From assembly GCA_963664405.1 (NCBI GenBank), contig OY761158.1, positions 4,992,001-5,056,000 of the forward strand: a stretch of DNA of 64,000 nucleotides, in the 5' to 3' direction. Position 1 is the stretch's first letter. Every line of letters begins with the position of its first letter. The stretch is from Thermoanaerobaculia bacterium. Its GTDB lineage: Bacteria; Acidobacteriota; Thermoanaerobaculia; Multivoradales; Multivoraceae. The notes under the pieces were generated by a model. The model was not told where the DNA came from, made no database searches, and saw only the letters and a list, made by a program, of their open reading frames with translations. The position numbers were made by a program, and so were the translations under genes. Positions 10,304 to 19,635 of this stretch are shown piece by piece.

Positions 10304-10350
10304 CGACTGAGCGACATTCTACCGGCAGCCGCCAAGGGCCGATTTCGAGG

Positions 10351-10377
10351 TGTCGCGATCCACCAGATTCTGCGACA
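10351..10377. promoter_or_regulatory. TGTCGC-N15-GCGACA palindrome between divergent K4 and arylsulfatase
   Basis: tgtcgc-gatccaccagattct-gcgaca. Confidence 0.7.
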
Positions 10378-10494
10378 CTGACGATGTTGTCCATTGCACC
10401 TTCCACTAGAAAAGGTGCCAGTATCAACCCCGCCGAGGGCGTGGGCTCCAGGAGCCTGAATTCGGCTAGCCCGGCTAAATAGGAGATCTGGGAC

Positions 10495-12189
10495 ATGAAT
10501 GCACGGAGAATCCCGATACTCGTCTTGATGCTGACGCTGTTTCTGGGCGCCTGCGGAGCGTTCGAGCCGGATGAGGCAGTGCCAGTGGAGACGGAAGAGA
10601 GGCCCAACTTTCTTCTAGTCGTTGCCGACGACATGGGATACACGGACACAGGCCCCTTCGGCGGTGAGATCGAGACCCCGAATCTCGACCGGCTCGCAGC
10701 CTCCGGGGTCCGTTTCGCGGACTTCCACGTATCCATGTCCTGCTCGCCGACGCGCGCGATGATGATGTCTGGCATGGACAACCACCTGGCCGGTCTCGGC
10801 AACATGGGGGAGCTCATCACGCCCAATCAGCGCGGCAAACCGGGTTACGAGGGTTACCTCAGCCGCGATGTCATCAGCCTGCCTGAGGCGCTCGGGAGTG
10901 GCGGGTACCACACCTACATGGCCGGAAAGTGGCACCTGGGACACGAGCCGGATCAGCGTCCCTTCGCACGGGGCTTCGAGCGCTCGCTGGCGTTGATGTA
11001 CGGTGGCGCGAGCCATTGGAATGACAGGCATGGGCTCATTGCCGCGCAGGATCCGGTCATCTACACGCGCAATGGCGAGAAGCTCGAACAACTGCCCGAG
11101 GATTTCTACTCGAGCAAAAACTACGCCGACTTCCTCATGGAGTCGATTCGAGAGAACCACGGCGACGGCAAGCCCTTTCTTGCCTACCTCGCCTTCACAG
11201 CGCCTCATGACCCTCTGCACGTGCCCGAGCCTTGGCTCAGCAAGTACCGAGGGCGGTACGACGAGGGCTACGAAGCTCTGAAGGCAAGTAGGGCTGAAGG
11301 CGCGGCCCGGGCCGGCGTCGTGCGGGCCGGCGCCCCGCTGCCCCAACGCCACTCGATGACTCCGGCCTGGGACACCTTGAGCCCCGAGGAGAGAACCCGG
11401 CAGTCCCGGATGATGGAGGTCTATGCGGGGATGGTCGACAACATGGACCACCATCTCGGCCGAGTGCTGGATTTCCTCGACGACATCGGCGAGCTCGACA
11501 ACACCGTCATCATTTTCTTTTCGGACAACGGGCCCAATCCGTGGGACAGCGAGGATTATCCCGGCAATCGGGACGGGAACTTCATGGACCTTTTCGACAA
11601 CAGTCTCGACAACCTCGGCAAGCCCGGCTCGAACGTCGCCTACGGAAGCGGCTGGGCTCAGGCGAGCGCCGGTCCCTACAGTTACTTCAAGATGACGGTC
11701 GCCGAGGGAGGCACACGGAGCCCTCTGATTGTCGCTGGACCGCAAGTGAACAACGGCGGACGGATCAACGATACCCCCGTAACCGCCATGGATGTGATGC
11801 CGACCCTCCTAGACATAGCGGGCATCGAACACCCCGAGACGTTCAACGGCAGACGGGTCAAGCCGATGATGGGCCGCTCGATGAAAGGCGTGGCAGCCGG
11901 CACCGCAGAGCGCGTGCACCCGGAGGACACACTCTTCGGCCACCAGGCCTTCGAGGAGCACGAGCTTTCCGGCGAGATGCTGGGCGGCAAGTTCGTGCGC
12001 CGCGGCGATTGGAAGGCGCTCTTCGTGAGCCGGCCGTATGGCCCGAACGAGTGGCAGCTCTTTGATCTCGCCGCCGACCCCGGCGAAACCGATGACCTGG
12101 CGGGTGAGCATCGGGAGCTGTTGGAGGAACTGACTGCGGGCTGGGACCAGTACGCGAACGACGTGGGGGTTGTCCCACCGGAGGGCTAA
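10495..12189 (+). CDS. Arylsulfatase (AtsA-like), probable lipoprotein
   Basis: RPNFLLVVADDMG, CSPTR formylglycine motif, GKWHLG, APHDPLH, SDNG; lipobox LGAC; AGGAG RBS. Confidence 0.93.
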   Translation: MNARRIPILVLMLTLFLGACGAFEPDEAVPVETEERPNFLLVVADDMGYTDTGPFGGEIETPNLDRLAASGVRFADFHVSMSCSPTRAMMMSGMDNHLAGLGNMGELITPNQRGKPGYEGYLSRDVISLPEALGSGGYHTYMAGKWHLGHEPDQRPFARGFERSLALMYGGASHWNDRHGLIAAQDPVIYTRNGEKLEQLPEDFYSSKNYADFLMESIRENHGDGKPFLAYLAFTAPHDPLHVPEPWLSKYRGRYDEGYEALKASRAEGAARAGVVRAGAPLPQRHSMTPAWDTLSPEERTRQSRMMEVYAGMVDNMDHHLGRVLDFLDDIGELDNTVIIFFSDNGPNPWDSEDYPGNRDGNFMDLFDNSLDNLGKPGSNVAYGSGWAQASAGPYSYFKMTVAEGGTRSPLIVAGPQVNNGGRINDTPVTAMDVMPTLLDIAGIEHPETFNGRRVKPMMGRSMKGVAAGTAERVHPEDTLFGHQAFEEHELSGEMLGGKFVRRGDWKALFVSRPYGPNEWQLFDLAADPGETDDLAGEHRELLEELTAGWDQYANDVGVVPPEG

Positions 12190-12315
12190 GGCTTGCTCCG
12201 CCTCCGCCGTCGAAACGGGCTCGGTCCGAATTTGAAGGGCTAAGGGAGGTGCCACCCTTCGCCTTCCCATGGCACCTTCCACAGCGAACTATGCAAGTGG
12301 ACTTCTGGCTTGCGA

Positions 12316-12435
12316 TGTCGCAGAGCACCACAGATCGCGACACGCCTGCTCCCAGACGCCCGTAGACGTTGAGCTCTCGTAGTGGCGTGGGGTGAAAAGG
12401 CGACATCTTGTCGCAATTTTTGCTTAGGTGCGACA
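12316..12435. promoter_or_regulatory. Two TGTCGC-N15-GCGACA palindromes (12316-12342, 12409-12435) upstream of the cyclase gene
   Basis: tgtcgc-agagcaccacagatc-gcgaca and tgtcgc-aatttttgcttaggt-gcgaca. Confidence 0.65.
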
Positions 12436-12557
12436 CCAGACTTCTCTAAGCCACTGATTACAAGCTAGATCCGTGCAGGCCCTAAGCCTGTAAGAGCTCG
12501 CGGATCTGGTATGTTCACGATCATCAATCCGATTGCGATCCGTTGAGGAGGGACCCA

Positions 12558-13628
12558 ATGACGCTATGCCCGAGGTCGGCTGGCCTGATGCTTCTTACCA
12601 TCGCTGCTCTCAGCTGCGCCCCGGCTGCCGACGAAGGTGCTGAATCGACGACGGTACCCGTTTCTGTCGTTGACTCCTTCGTTCCGCCCGAGGTGACGCC
12701 CGAATCGCGCGATCTGACCCTGGCCGATATCGAGCGGATGATGGAGGAGCTGTCGAACTGGGGCCGCTGGGGCGGCGACGACCAGCTGGGCGCCGCCAAT
12801 CTCATTACGCCGGCCAAGCGACTGGAGGCGGTCTCACTGGTCACCGAGGGTATCTCTGTCTCGCTGGAGCATCAGCTGTTGACCGAAGAGGCCGAGGACG
12901 TGCCGCGGCCGTTCGACCGCCGGATGCTGGGGCTCCCCGATCTGACGGCCGAGCCTCTGTTCAGGAGCGGGGTCAGCGACGCCTACAGCATCAGCTATCA
13001 CGGTTACTCCCACAGCCACATCGACTCTCTGTGTCACATGCTCTACAAGGGGCAGATGTATAACGGATTCTCTCGGGAGACGGTAACGGAGGAGGGCTGT
13101 TCGAAGAATTCAGTCTTCAATCTGCGGGGCGGCATCGTGACTCGCGGCGTGCTTTTCGACATCCCCCGCCTCAAGGGAGTGCCCTACCTCGAGCCGGGCA
13201 CTCCGATCTATATGGAAGACCTCGACGCCTGGGAAGAGATGGCAGGGGTCACGGTTCGACCCGGCGATGCGGTCTTCGTGCGCACCGGCCGTTGGGCGCG
13301 ACGTGCGGATGTCGGCCCGTGGGCCGTCGCGGAGAGCGCGGCCGGTCTGCACGCCTCGGCGGTGCCCTGGCTCAAGGCGCGGGATGTCTCCTTTCTCGGC
13401 GGCGACGCGGCCTCCGACGTCGTGCCTTCCCAGATCGAAGGGGTGCGGCTTCCGGTGCATACTCTGACCATCGTTGCGATGGGCGTCGACCTCTTCGATA
13501 ACCAGGATCTCGAGGACCTTGCCGAGACTGCCGCAAGACTCGACCGATGGGAGTTCATGCTGGTTGCAGGTCCGCTGGCGGTCGAGACCGGCACAGGCTC
13601 TCCAGTCAACGCTTTGGCAATTTTTTAG
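12558..13628 (+). CDS. Cyclase / kynurenine-formamidase-like metallohydrolase, lipoprotein-like signal
   Basis: NWGRWG..DQLGAANLIT, HGYSHSHIDSLCH, GTGSPVNALAIF; GAGGAGG RBS before ATG 12558. Confidence 0.88.
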   Translation: MTLCPRSAGLMLLTIAALSCAPAADEGAESTTVPVSVVDSFVPPEVTPESRDLTLADIERMMEELSNWGRWGGDDQLGAANLITPAKRLEAVSLVTEGISVSLEHQLLTEEAEDVPRPFDRRMLGLPDLTAEPLFRSGVSDAYSISYHGYSHSHIDSLCHMLYKGQMYNGFSRETVTEEGCSKNSVFNLRGGIVTRGVLFDIPRLKGVPYLEPGTPIYMEDLDAWEEMAGVTVRPGDAVFVRTGRWARRADVGPWAVAESAAGLHASAVPWLKARDVSFLGGDAASDVVPSQIEGVRLPVHTLTIVAMGVDLFDNQDLEDLAETAARLDRWEFMLVAGPLAVETGTGSPVNALAIF

Positions 13629-13639
13629 GAGGCTGCCCT

Positions 13640-14365
13640 ATGGCGACTTTTGAACGCGACGGTGTTTCGATTCACTACGAGGTCCGGGGAGGTGGTTTCC
13701 CCGTTCTGCTCATTGCCCCCGGCGGGATGAAGAGCGTTATTTCGATGTGGGAGACGACTCCCTGGAACCCGATCGAGCAGCTTTCGAGCGACTATCAAGT
13801 CGTTGCGATGGATCAGCGCAACGCCGGCACCTCGAGCGCGCCGATCAGCGGCGACGATGGCTGGCACACTTACATCGGAGATCAGCTTGCGCTGATGGAT
13901 CACCTCGGTGCGGACCGCTTCCATGTGGTCGGTATGTGTATCGGGGGCCCCTACAGCATGGGGCTCATCGAGGCCGCACCGGAGCGGGTGGCGTCGAATG
14001 TTCTCTTTCAACCGATCGGTCTCGATAACAATCGAGAGGCCTTCTACGAGATGTTCGATAGCTGGGCCGACGTGCTTCGGACCACTTCTCACACCGACGT
14101 GCCGGCCGACGATTGGACTCGCTTTCGCAGCAATATGTACGACGGCGACAAATTGCTCTTCAACCTCGATCGCGACTTTGTGCGTGCCTGTACGACTCCA
14201 CTGCTGGTGCTCGCCGGGAGTGACCTCTATCACCCGGCCTCGACCTCGAAGGCGATAGCGGAGCTCGCTCCTAACGTGGAGCTCATTGAAAACTGGAAGG
14301 AGTCGCCGGACCGAGAAGCCGCTATGGAGAAGACCGCCGCCTTCCTGCGGCGCAATTCAATCTAG
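13640..14365 (+). CDS. Alpha/beta hydrolase
   Basis: IHYEVRGGGFPVLLIAPGG, MDQRNAG, GMCIGG elbow; AGGAGG RBS before ATG 13640. Confidence 0.88.
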   Translation: MATFERDGVSIHYEVRGGGFPVLLIAPGGMKSVISMWETTPWNPIEQLSSDYQVVAMDQRNAGTSSAPISGDDGWHTYIGDQLALMDHLGADRFHVVGMCIGGPYSMGLIEAAPERVASNVLFQPIGLDNNREAFYEMFDSWADVLRTTSHTDVPADDWTRFRSNMYDGDKLLFNLDRDFVRACTTPLLVLAGSDLYHPASTSKAIAELAPNVELIENWKESPDREAAMEKTAAFLRRNSI

Positions 14366-15018
14366 ATTGACGCGACACGCTCGAGGATCTGCTCGATGAC
14401 TTCTTCGATCCCGAGCTCGGTGGTGTCGACGATCTGGGCGTCGGCTGCCGGAACCAGGGGTGCGATGGAGCGGCTGGAGTCGCGCTCGTCTCGCTCTCGG
14501 AGCGAGGCGAGCACCTCCTCATAAGATTCTTCCAGGCCTTTCGCGGCGAGCTCGCGCTGTCGGCGCTGAGCACGAACTTCGTCGTTGGCGGTGACGAAGA
14601 ATTTGGCGCCGGCGTCGGGGAAGACGACTGTGCCCGTATCGCGACCCTCTGCCACGACGCTCCCCTGGGCAGCGATCTGACGCTGCTGCTCCAAGAGTGC
14701 GCGACGTACGGCCGGCAGCGCCGAGACGATCGAGGCCGCTTGGGAGATCTCGGGCAGGCGAATCGCGTCGGAGACGTCGTCGCCGTCGAGGGAAACGCGA
14801 TTGACTCCCTCCCGCATCTCGAATGAGATGTCGAGCGCTGCGGCGAGCTCGGCGAGTCCTTCTTCGTCGCCGTGGTCGAGCCCTCGCCTATGGGCCGCCA
14901 GCGCGAGGCTGCGATAGATCGCACCGGTGTCGAGGAGCATGAAGCCGAGGCGCGAGGCGACTTCGCGTGCGACCGTCGTCTTTCCGGCGGCGACCGGGCC
15001 GTCGATGGTGACGATCAA
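14362..15018 (-). CDS. cmk: Cytidylate kinase
   Basis: IVTIDGPVAAGKTT, LDTGAIYR, EGRDTGTVVFPDA, RDERDSSR; TTG start overlaps the upstream stop (TTGA). Confidence 0.93.
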   Translation of the reverse strand: MIVTIDGPVAAGKTTVAREVASRLGFMLLDTGAIYRSLALAAHRRGLDHGDEEGLAELAAALDISFEMREGVNRVSLDGDDVSDAIRLPEISQAASIVSALPAVRRALLEQQRQIAAQGSVVAEGRDTGTVVFPDAGAKFFVTANDEVRAQRRQRELAAKGLEESYEEVLASLRERDERDSSRSIAPLVPAADAQIVDTTELGIEEVIEQILERVASI

Positions 15019-15515
15019 GTGCCGGCGGCCTGGTTGTCGTACTGCTCGACGCGATCTTCGACTACTTCGAGCTCTATGCCCGCTTCGGCAAAGAGATCGC
15101 GAGTGTCCTGCGCGGCGTGATAGCGCCGCTTCGGTACCACGCGCTTGATGCCTACGCTGGTGATCAGCATCGCGCAGACGCGGCACGGCTCCATGGTGCA
15201 ATAGAGGGTCGTGCCCTCGAGCGAGAGGCCGTATCGTGCAGCTTGGCAGATGGCGTTCTGCTCGGCGTGGATGGTGCGCACGCAGTGGTTGCGGACGGTA
15301 CCGTCCTCGTCGACCATCTTCTTCATATAGTGGCCGGCCTCGTCGCAGTGGGGGAGCCCGGGAGGCGAGCCGACGTAGCCGGTACAGAGAATGCGCTTGT
15401 CTCGGACGATGACGCAACCGCTACGGCCGCGGTCGCAAGTTGCCCGGCTCGCAACTTCGTCTACGAGGCGAATGAAGTACTCATCCCAGCTCGGTCGAAT
15501 CGAGTCATTGGCCAT
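15015..15515 (-). CDS. dCMP deaminase family protein
   Basis: RPSWDEYF, RATCDRGRSGC, HAEQNAI, PCRVC zinc motifs. Confidence 0.93.
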   Translation of the reverse strand: MANDSIRPSWDEYFIRLVDEVASRATCDRGRSGCVIVRDKRILCTGYVGSPPGLPHCDEAGHYMKKMVDEDGTVRNHCVRTIHAEQNAICQAARYGLSLEGTTLYCTMEPCRVCAMLITSVGIKRVVPKRRYHAAQDTRDLFAEAGIELEVVEDRVEQYDNQAAGT

Positions 15516-15541
15516 GGTCGGATTCTATGCCTCTTCTCTCG

Positions 15542-17956
15542 CTAGAGCACGCCACGGCGGTGTAGCAGCAGCCCTACCAGATAGCTCAGGAGGGCCATCG
15601 CAAACAGCCAGGGTGCCAGATGGATCTGCCGTGTTGCGAAGTCTTCCCCGGGCTCGAGAACCTCGGCGATGCCCGCGCCCAGGGTGCCGCCGGTTGCGGT
15701 TGCGAGAGTCTGGAGGAGGTCGATATCGGGGGGCCTGGGCAGGGTCTCGTCGGACTGGGGATAGTAGAGAGAGCGGAACGCTCTCGTCTCGCCATCGATC
15801 GAGAGCTCGAAGCGAAAGTCGCTGGCGGGGTCGGGGACGGCCTCGTAGACCGCTCCGAAAGAACCTGGAGCGCTTTGGGTGAGCTCTACTCGTCGATCGC
15901 CGCCGGCTCCTCCGACGAGCACCGAGGCCTTCACGTCGGTCCTCGGCTCACCATCGGCGTCATAGAGCTCGAGGGCGAGCTCGAAACGGCCTCCGCTGCG
16001 GGTGACTCCGAACTCGAGCTCGCGGGTCACTCGCTCGCCGGCCGCGTCTCTGAGAACCTGAGAGAAGAGAGTGCCAAACCCATCCCAGTCGATCCACTCT
16101 GCGGCCCAGCGCGGCTTGACGTCGGCAGCGAAGATCCACACCTTTCCGAGCCCCGACTGGCGAGAGGCGAGAAGAGGTTTCTCAGTCGTGGTCTCGAGCA
16201 CGACCTTGCCGTGCGGACTCGGCTCGAGGGTGACGAACCCGCGTAGAGCGGGAGCGCTTGTGATGTCGACTCCGTCGAGCACGGAGGCCTCGGAAAGAAC
16301 CGCAGCTTTGAACGATTTTTCGACCAGGGTGCGATCGCTCTTGCGACGCGCCTCGTCGATGAGAATGCTCTGGACTCTCGACGCGTCACGCACGAAATAG
16401 CTCTCGCCAGCACCCCACTCGGCAATTCGGTCGAGGAGCTCGCGGTCAGCACCTTCGCCGACGGCGACCGTCGAGACTGTGATCTCCTGCTTGCGTATCC
16501 GCGCCAGCAGGTCTTCGTAGTCGTCGAGATAGGTTTTGCCGTCGGTGATCAGGATGACGTGCTTGACCTCCGCCTCCGTCGCGCTGAGCTGGGCGAGGCA
16601 GCTCTCCAGAGCCGGGTAGAAGTTGGTCTGGGAGCTGGCCTGGATTCGATTGATCAGGTCGTTAATGGCCTCCCGATTCGCTGCCGACTGCAGCGGAACC
16701 GCGTCGATGCTCTGCGAGTCGAAGGCCACCATGCCGAAGCGTTGCTCGTCGTCGAGCTCGCCCAGCGCCGACTTCGTTGCCACTTTGGCCAGTTCCATCT
16801 TCGGGCCGTTCATGCTGTAGCTCTTGTCGAGAGCGATCATCAGGGCCAGGTCCACTCGCTCCTCCTGCAATCGAAAGCTGAGCGGCAGAATGGTCTCCAG
16901 AGGGCCACCGCTCCAACCTCCTTCACCGAAGGTGCGGGGCCCGGCGGCGAAGAAGAGGCCGGTGCCACGAGTCGTGACCCAGTCGACAATCGCCTGTTGA
17001 GTCGTCTCCGGGAAGTCGGCGGGTGTGACGTCGCTGAGCACCAGGGCACGCCAATCACCCGCTTCGAGTTGTCGTAAAAGGGCGGCGGGGGTCGTGCTCG
17101 TGATCTCGAAGCCGCGCCGATTGAGCGCCGACCACAGTGGGCTCAGGCCGTCTCCGGACTCCACTAGAAGAATAGGAGTCGGGCGGTGAACGTCGAGAGT
17201 CTGTCGCCAGCCGATCGGGGCGCCTTCAATTCGGAGCTGTAGAGGAGCTCGACCGGTCTTCGCCAGGGTGAGCTCGATGCGATGCGTCGTGCCACCGGCC
17301 TCGAGCGTGATGCGCTTGGACGACTCCTCTCCGGCGCCCACGCTCCACGCAAGCTCGACCTCGGTGCCCTCCGCCGCCAGGATGTCGACCTCCAGGGGGA
17401 CGGTGGCGTTGGCGGGGGAGCCCAGCGGCAGTCGGGTGGCGGCAATCCGGGGTGGCTGCGGCGCCCCCGAGGCGAGCCGAGGAAAGACACGGATCTGATT
17501 CTGGATCAGAGCCGGAAGAGCCCGCTTGGCGCTGCCCGTCGTCTGATTGCCATCGCTGATAAGAAGAATGCGCGAGACACGATCGAAGCGCGCTCGCTCG
17601 ATGGCGGCAAACAGTGCGGTCTCCAGATCGGTCGAAGCGCGGTCGAGAGAGTCTTCGGGAATCTCGGTGTCGGCGACCCCGGTTGAACTGTCGTAGAGCT
17701 TGAGGTCCGACAGCCCCTCGGCGTTGGTCAGGCGGAGGCTGCGGTCGGCAAAGGCGATGACTTCGAGATCAGGGTCCAATGTCGAGAGGTCTTCGATGTT
17801 CTGGCTCAGGTCTTGACCCGCAATGCTTCGTGAAACGTCGATCACCGGGATGAGCTCGACGACCCGCCCCTTGGTCTGTACCAACGGTAGTGTCAGTCCG
17901 GCAAGTAGGCAGACGCCGGCGATGAGGTGAAAGAGGCCGCGGCGCAAACCAGTCAC
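15542..17956 (-). CDS. Double vWA-domain membrane protein with a GATase-like segment (MoxR-associated)
   Basis: MIDAS-like motifs DVSRS and DKSYS, ISDG/ITDG; N- and C-terminal TM segments; GTG start overlaps the upstream stop. Confidence 0.85.
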   Translation of the reverse strand: MTGLRRGLFHLIAGVCLLAGLTLPLVQTKGRVVELIPVIDVSRSIAGQDLSQNIEDLSTLDPDLEVIAFADRSLRLTNAEGLSDLKLYDSSTGVADTEIPEDSLDRASTDLETALFAAIERARFDRVSRILLISDGNQTTGSAKRALPALIQNQIRVFPRLASGAPQPPRIAATRLPLGSPANATVPLEVDILAAEGTEVELAWSVGAGEESSKRITLEAGGTTHRIELTLAKTGRAPLQLRIEGAPIGWRQTLDVHRPTPILLVESGDGLSPLWSALNRRGFEITSTTPAALLRQLEAGDWRALVLSDVTPADFPETTQQAIVDWVTTRGTGLFFAAGPRTFGEGGWSGGPLETILPLSFRLQEERVDLALMIALDKSYSMNGPKMELAKVATKSALGELDDEQRFGMVAFDSQSIDAVPLQSAANREAINDLINRIQASSQTNFYPALESCLAQLSATEAEVKHVILITDGKTYLDDYEDLLARIRKQEITVSTVAVGEGADRELLDRIAEWGAGESYFVRDASRVQSILIDEARRKSDRTLVEKSFKAAVLSEASVLDGVDITSAPALRGFVTLEPSPHGKVVLETTTEKPLLASRQSGLGKVWIFAADVKPRWAAEWIDWDGFGTLFSQVLRDAAGERVTRELEFGVTRSGGRFELALELYDADGEPRTDVKASVLVGGAGGDRRVELTQSAPGSFGAVYEAVPDPASDFRFELSIDGETRAFRSLYYPQSDETLPRPPDIDLLQTLATATGGTLGAGIAEVLEPGEDFATRQIHLAPWLFAMALLSYLVGLLLHRRGVL

Positions 17957-19635
17957 TCCAGATACCCTCGCTGCCTCAGCGCAAATTCGACGGCCAGCAG
18001 CGCCAGGGCCAACAAGACCAGCACGACCTCCGGAGACCACGCCGCCGCGGCCGGGCTCGCCGTTGTCGCCTCCGTGCGTCTCCGATTGATGTCGGTGACC
18101 TCGGCCCCCAGGGGCTCGATCGCGCTGATCTCGGCACGACCTTTCGAGTGGCTGAGCTTGACCAACTGGGGGCGGTCCGCCTCGTCGTCAGCGTAGCCTG
18201 ACCATCCCGCTTCTCGTGGTGGCTTGGCGACGGTCAGCGAAAGCGCATCCAGAGCCAGCTCGACCAGGGCCGGGAACTGTGCGTCGAGGTGAACCGAAGA
18301 GGCCTCGGGATCGAAGCTGAGGACCGCGATCCGCGGCGGCTCGGCCTCGCTCCCGAGAACGAAGAGCAGTGGGGCGTCCTCGCCGGTCCACAGTGTCTCG
18401 GCCTGCGGGACGCTGTAGCGACGGAGGGCCTCGAAGGCGACGTGGCGCGGGGCAACACCTGGAAGCGCCCACGAAGTTTCTGCAAAGATCGCGGGCGCTG
18501 CGGCCTGCTCCACCGGCAACCATGGGCGATCCGGCGGGTTGACCAACAGAGTCGGCCCACCGGGTCGCTCGACGGGCGCGTCGTGGTACCAAACGTCCAC
18601 TTCGTAGCGCTTCACTTCGAGATCGGGGCCCGGGCGGAGCGCCGTCAAGGTCGGGTCGGCGGCGACCACTCGATCGATCGGCTCGCAGACCCCGTGGACT
18701 TGGAGGCGTCGTGGCAGGAGCGCCTGGGTGACGACCCACGCCTGGTCGTCCAGATCGAGCGCATCGTCCGGGCTGGTGACGGTTGCTCGGAACCATTGGG
18801 CCTCGAGCGTCGGCAGGGGCTCGAGGCGGACGGTCGCCGACCACAGCTCGCCGGCTTCCAGACTCAGAGTCTGACGTGCGAAGACTCTCCCTTCCTGGTC
18901 CGAGATCGCGACTTCGACAGCGGCTTCGCGGGGACCGGCGTTGGTGACTTCGAGCAGTGCCGCCGGTTGGCGTGCCCTACGTTGGGTGACCGCGAACCGA
19001 GTCAGGCCGACGTTGGGCTCGGGCTCGAAGACACTGACGATGGCGGCCCCGTCGGGTGCTCCAAGATCGGCGACACCGTCGGTGACTACCCACAGCGGCC
19101 GGCCGTCTGAGCTCGAGCCGGGAATCCTCGGCGGGCGAGCCGCGTGGAGCTCGAGCTCATCGAGCTTCTCGAGGGCGGCTCGACGGCTGCGGAGCTCGCC
19201 GCTGTTGACGCCGCCGGTGGTGTCCGAGATCGTGATCGGCGGGGCCGCATTGCGGATCAGTCGGCGTGCTGTCGAGAGGGCGCGGTCGAGGCGGGTCTGT
19301 CGTCCACCGGAGCGGGCGCCCATTGTCGCGGAGGTGTCGATCACCAGCCTCGGCCGGGTCAGCTCCGGCGCGGCTCGTTGCGCCCCGGTGAAGGCCATGC
19401 CGATCAGAAGCGCGATTGCCGCTGACACCAGCAGTGAGAGCAGCCAGCGAAGGAGGTCCCGTTTGCGCCGCCGCCGCCGCGCGACCTCCTCCCAGAGAAG
19501 GATCGAAGATACCGGCTGCCTCCGAGCCGGCGGGCGCAGCAGGTAGAGAAGGATAACCGCGGCTGCGGTGCTCAGTAGGACTGCGACGGCAAGCGCGTAG
19601 GGCAGGGTGGAGAAAGAGAGAGTCGCGGGGCTCAT
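17953..19635 (-). CDS. BatA/vWA-domain membrane protein
   Basis: BatA-like N-terminus ILLYLLRP..VSSILLW; DTSATM; VTDG; C-terminal TM; ATGA overlap with the upstream gene. Confidence 0.82.
   Translation of the reverse strand: MSPATLSFSTLPYALAVAVLLSTAAAVILLYLLRPPARRQPVSSILLWEEVARRRRRKRDLLRWLLSLLVSAAIALLIGMAFTGAQRAAPELTRPRLVIDTSATMGARSGGRQTRLDRALSTARRLIRNAAPPITISDTTGGVNSGELRSRRAALEKLDELELHAARPPRIPGSSSDGRPLWVVTDGVADLGAPDGAAIVSVFEPEPNVGLTRFAVTQRRARQPAALLEVTNAGPREAAVEVAISDQEGRVFARQTLSLEAGELWSATVRLEPLPTLEAQWFRATVTSPDDALDLDDQAWVVTQALLPRRLQVHGVCEPIDRVVAADPTLTALRPGPDLEVKRYEVDVWYHDAPVERPGGPTLLVNPPDRPWLPVEQAAAPAIFAETSWALPGVAPRHVAFEALRRYSVPQAETLWTGEDAPLLFVLGSEAEPPRIAVLSFDPEASSVHLDAQFPALVELALDALSLTVAKPPREAGWSGYADDEADRPQLVKLSHSKGRAEISAIEPLGAEVTDINRRRTEATTASPAAAAWSPEVVLVLLALALLAVEFALRQRGYLE

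Noticed and set aside
1895-12435. Palindromes as terminators or integron attC sites
   Set aside because: Stems are only 6 bp with 15-nt loops and no T tract; no GTTRRRY/RYYYAAC boxes or integron integrase seen.
12490-12545. Sigma-54 promoter downstream of the palindromes
   Set aside because: No correctly spaced GG-N10-GC match found by eye, so I do not claim the palindromes are enhancer-binding-protein sites.
15019-15417. Long N-terminal extension of cmk
   Set aside because: It is an alternate frame over the dCMP deaminase; the cmk motifs begin at TTG 15018.
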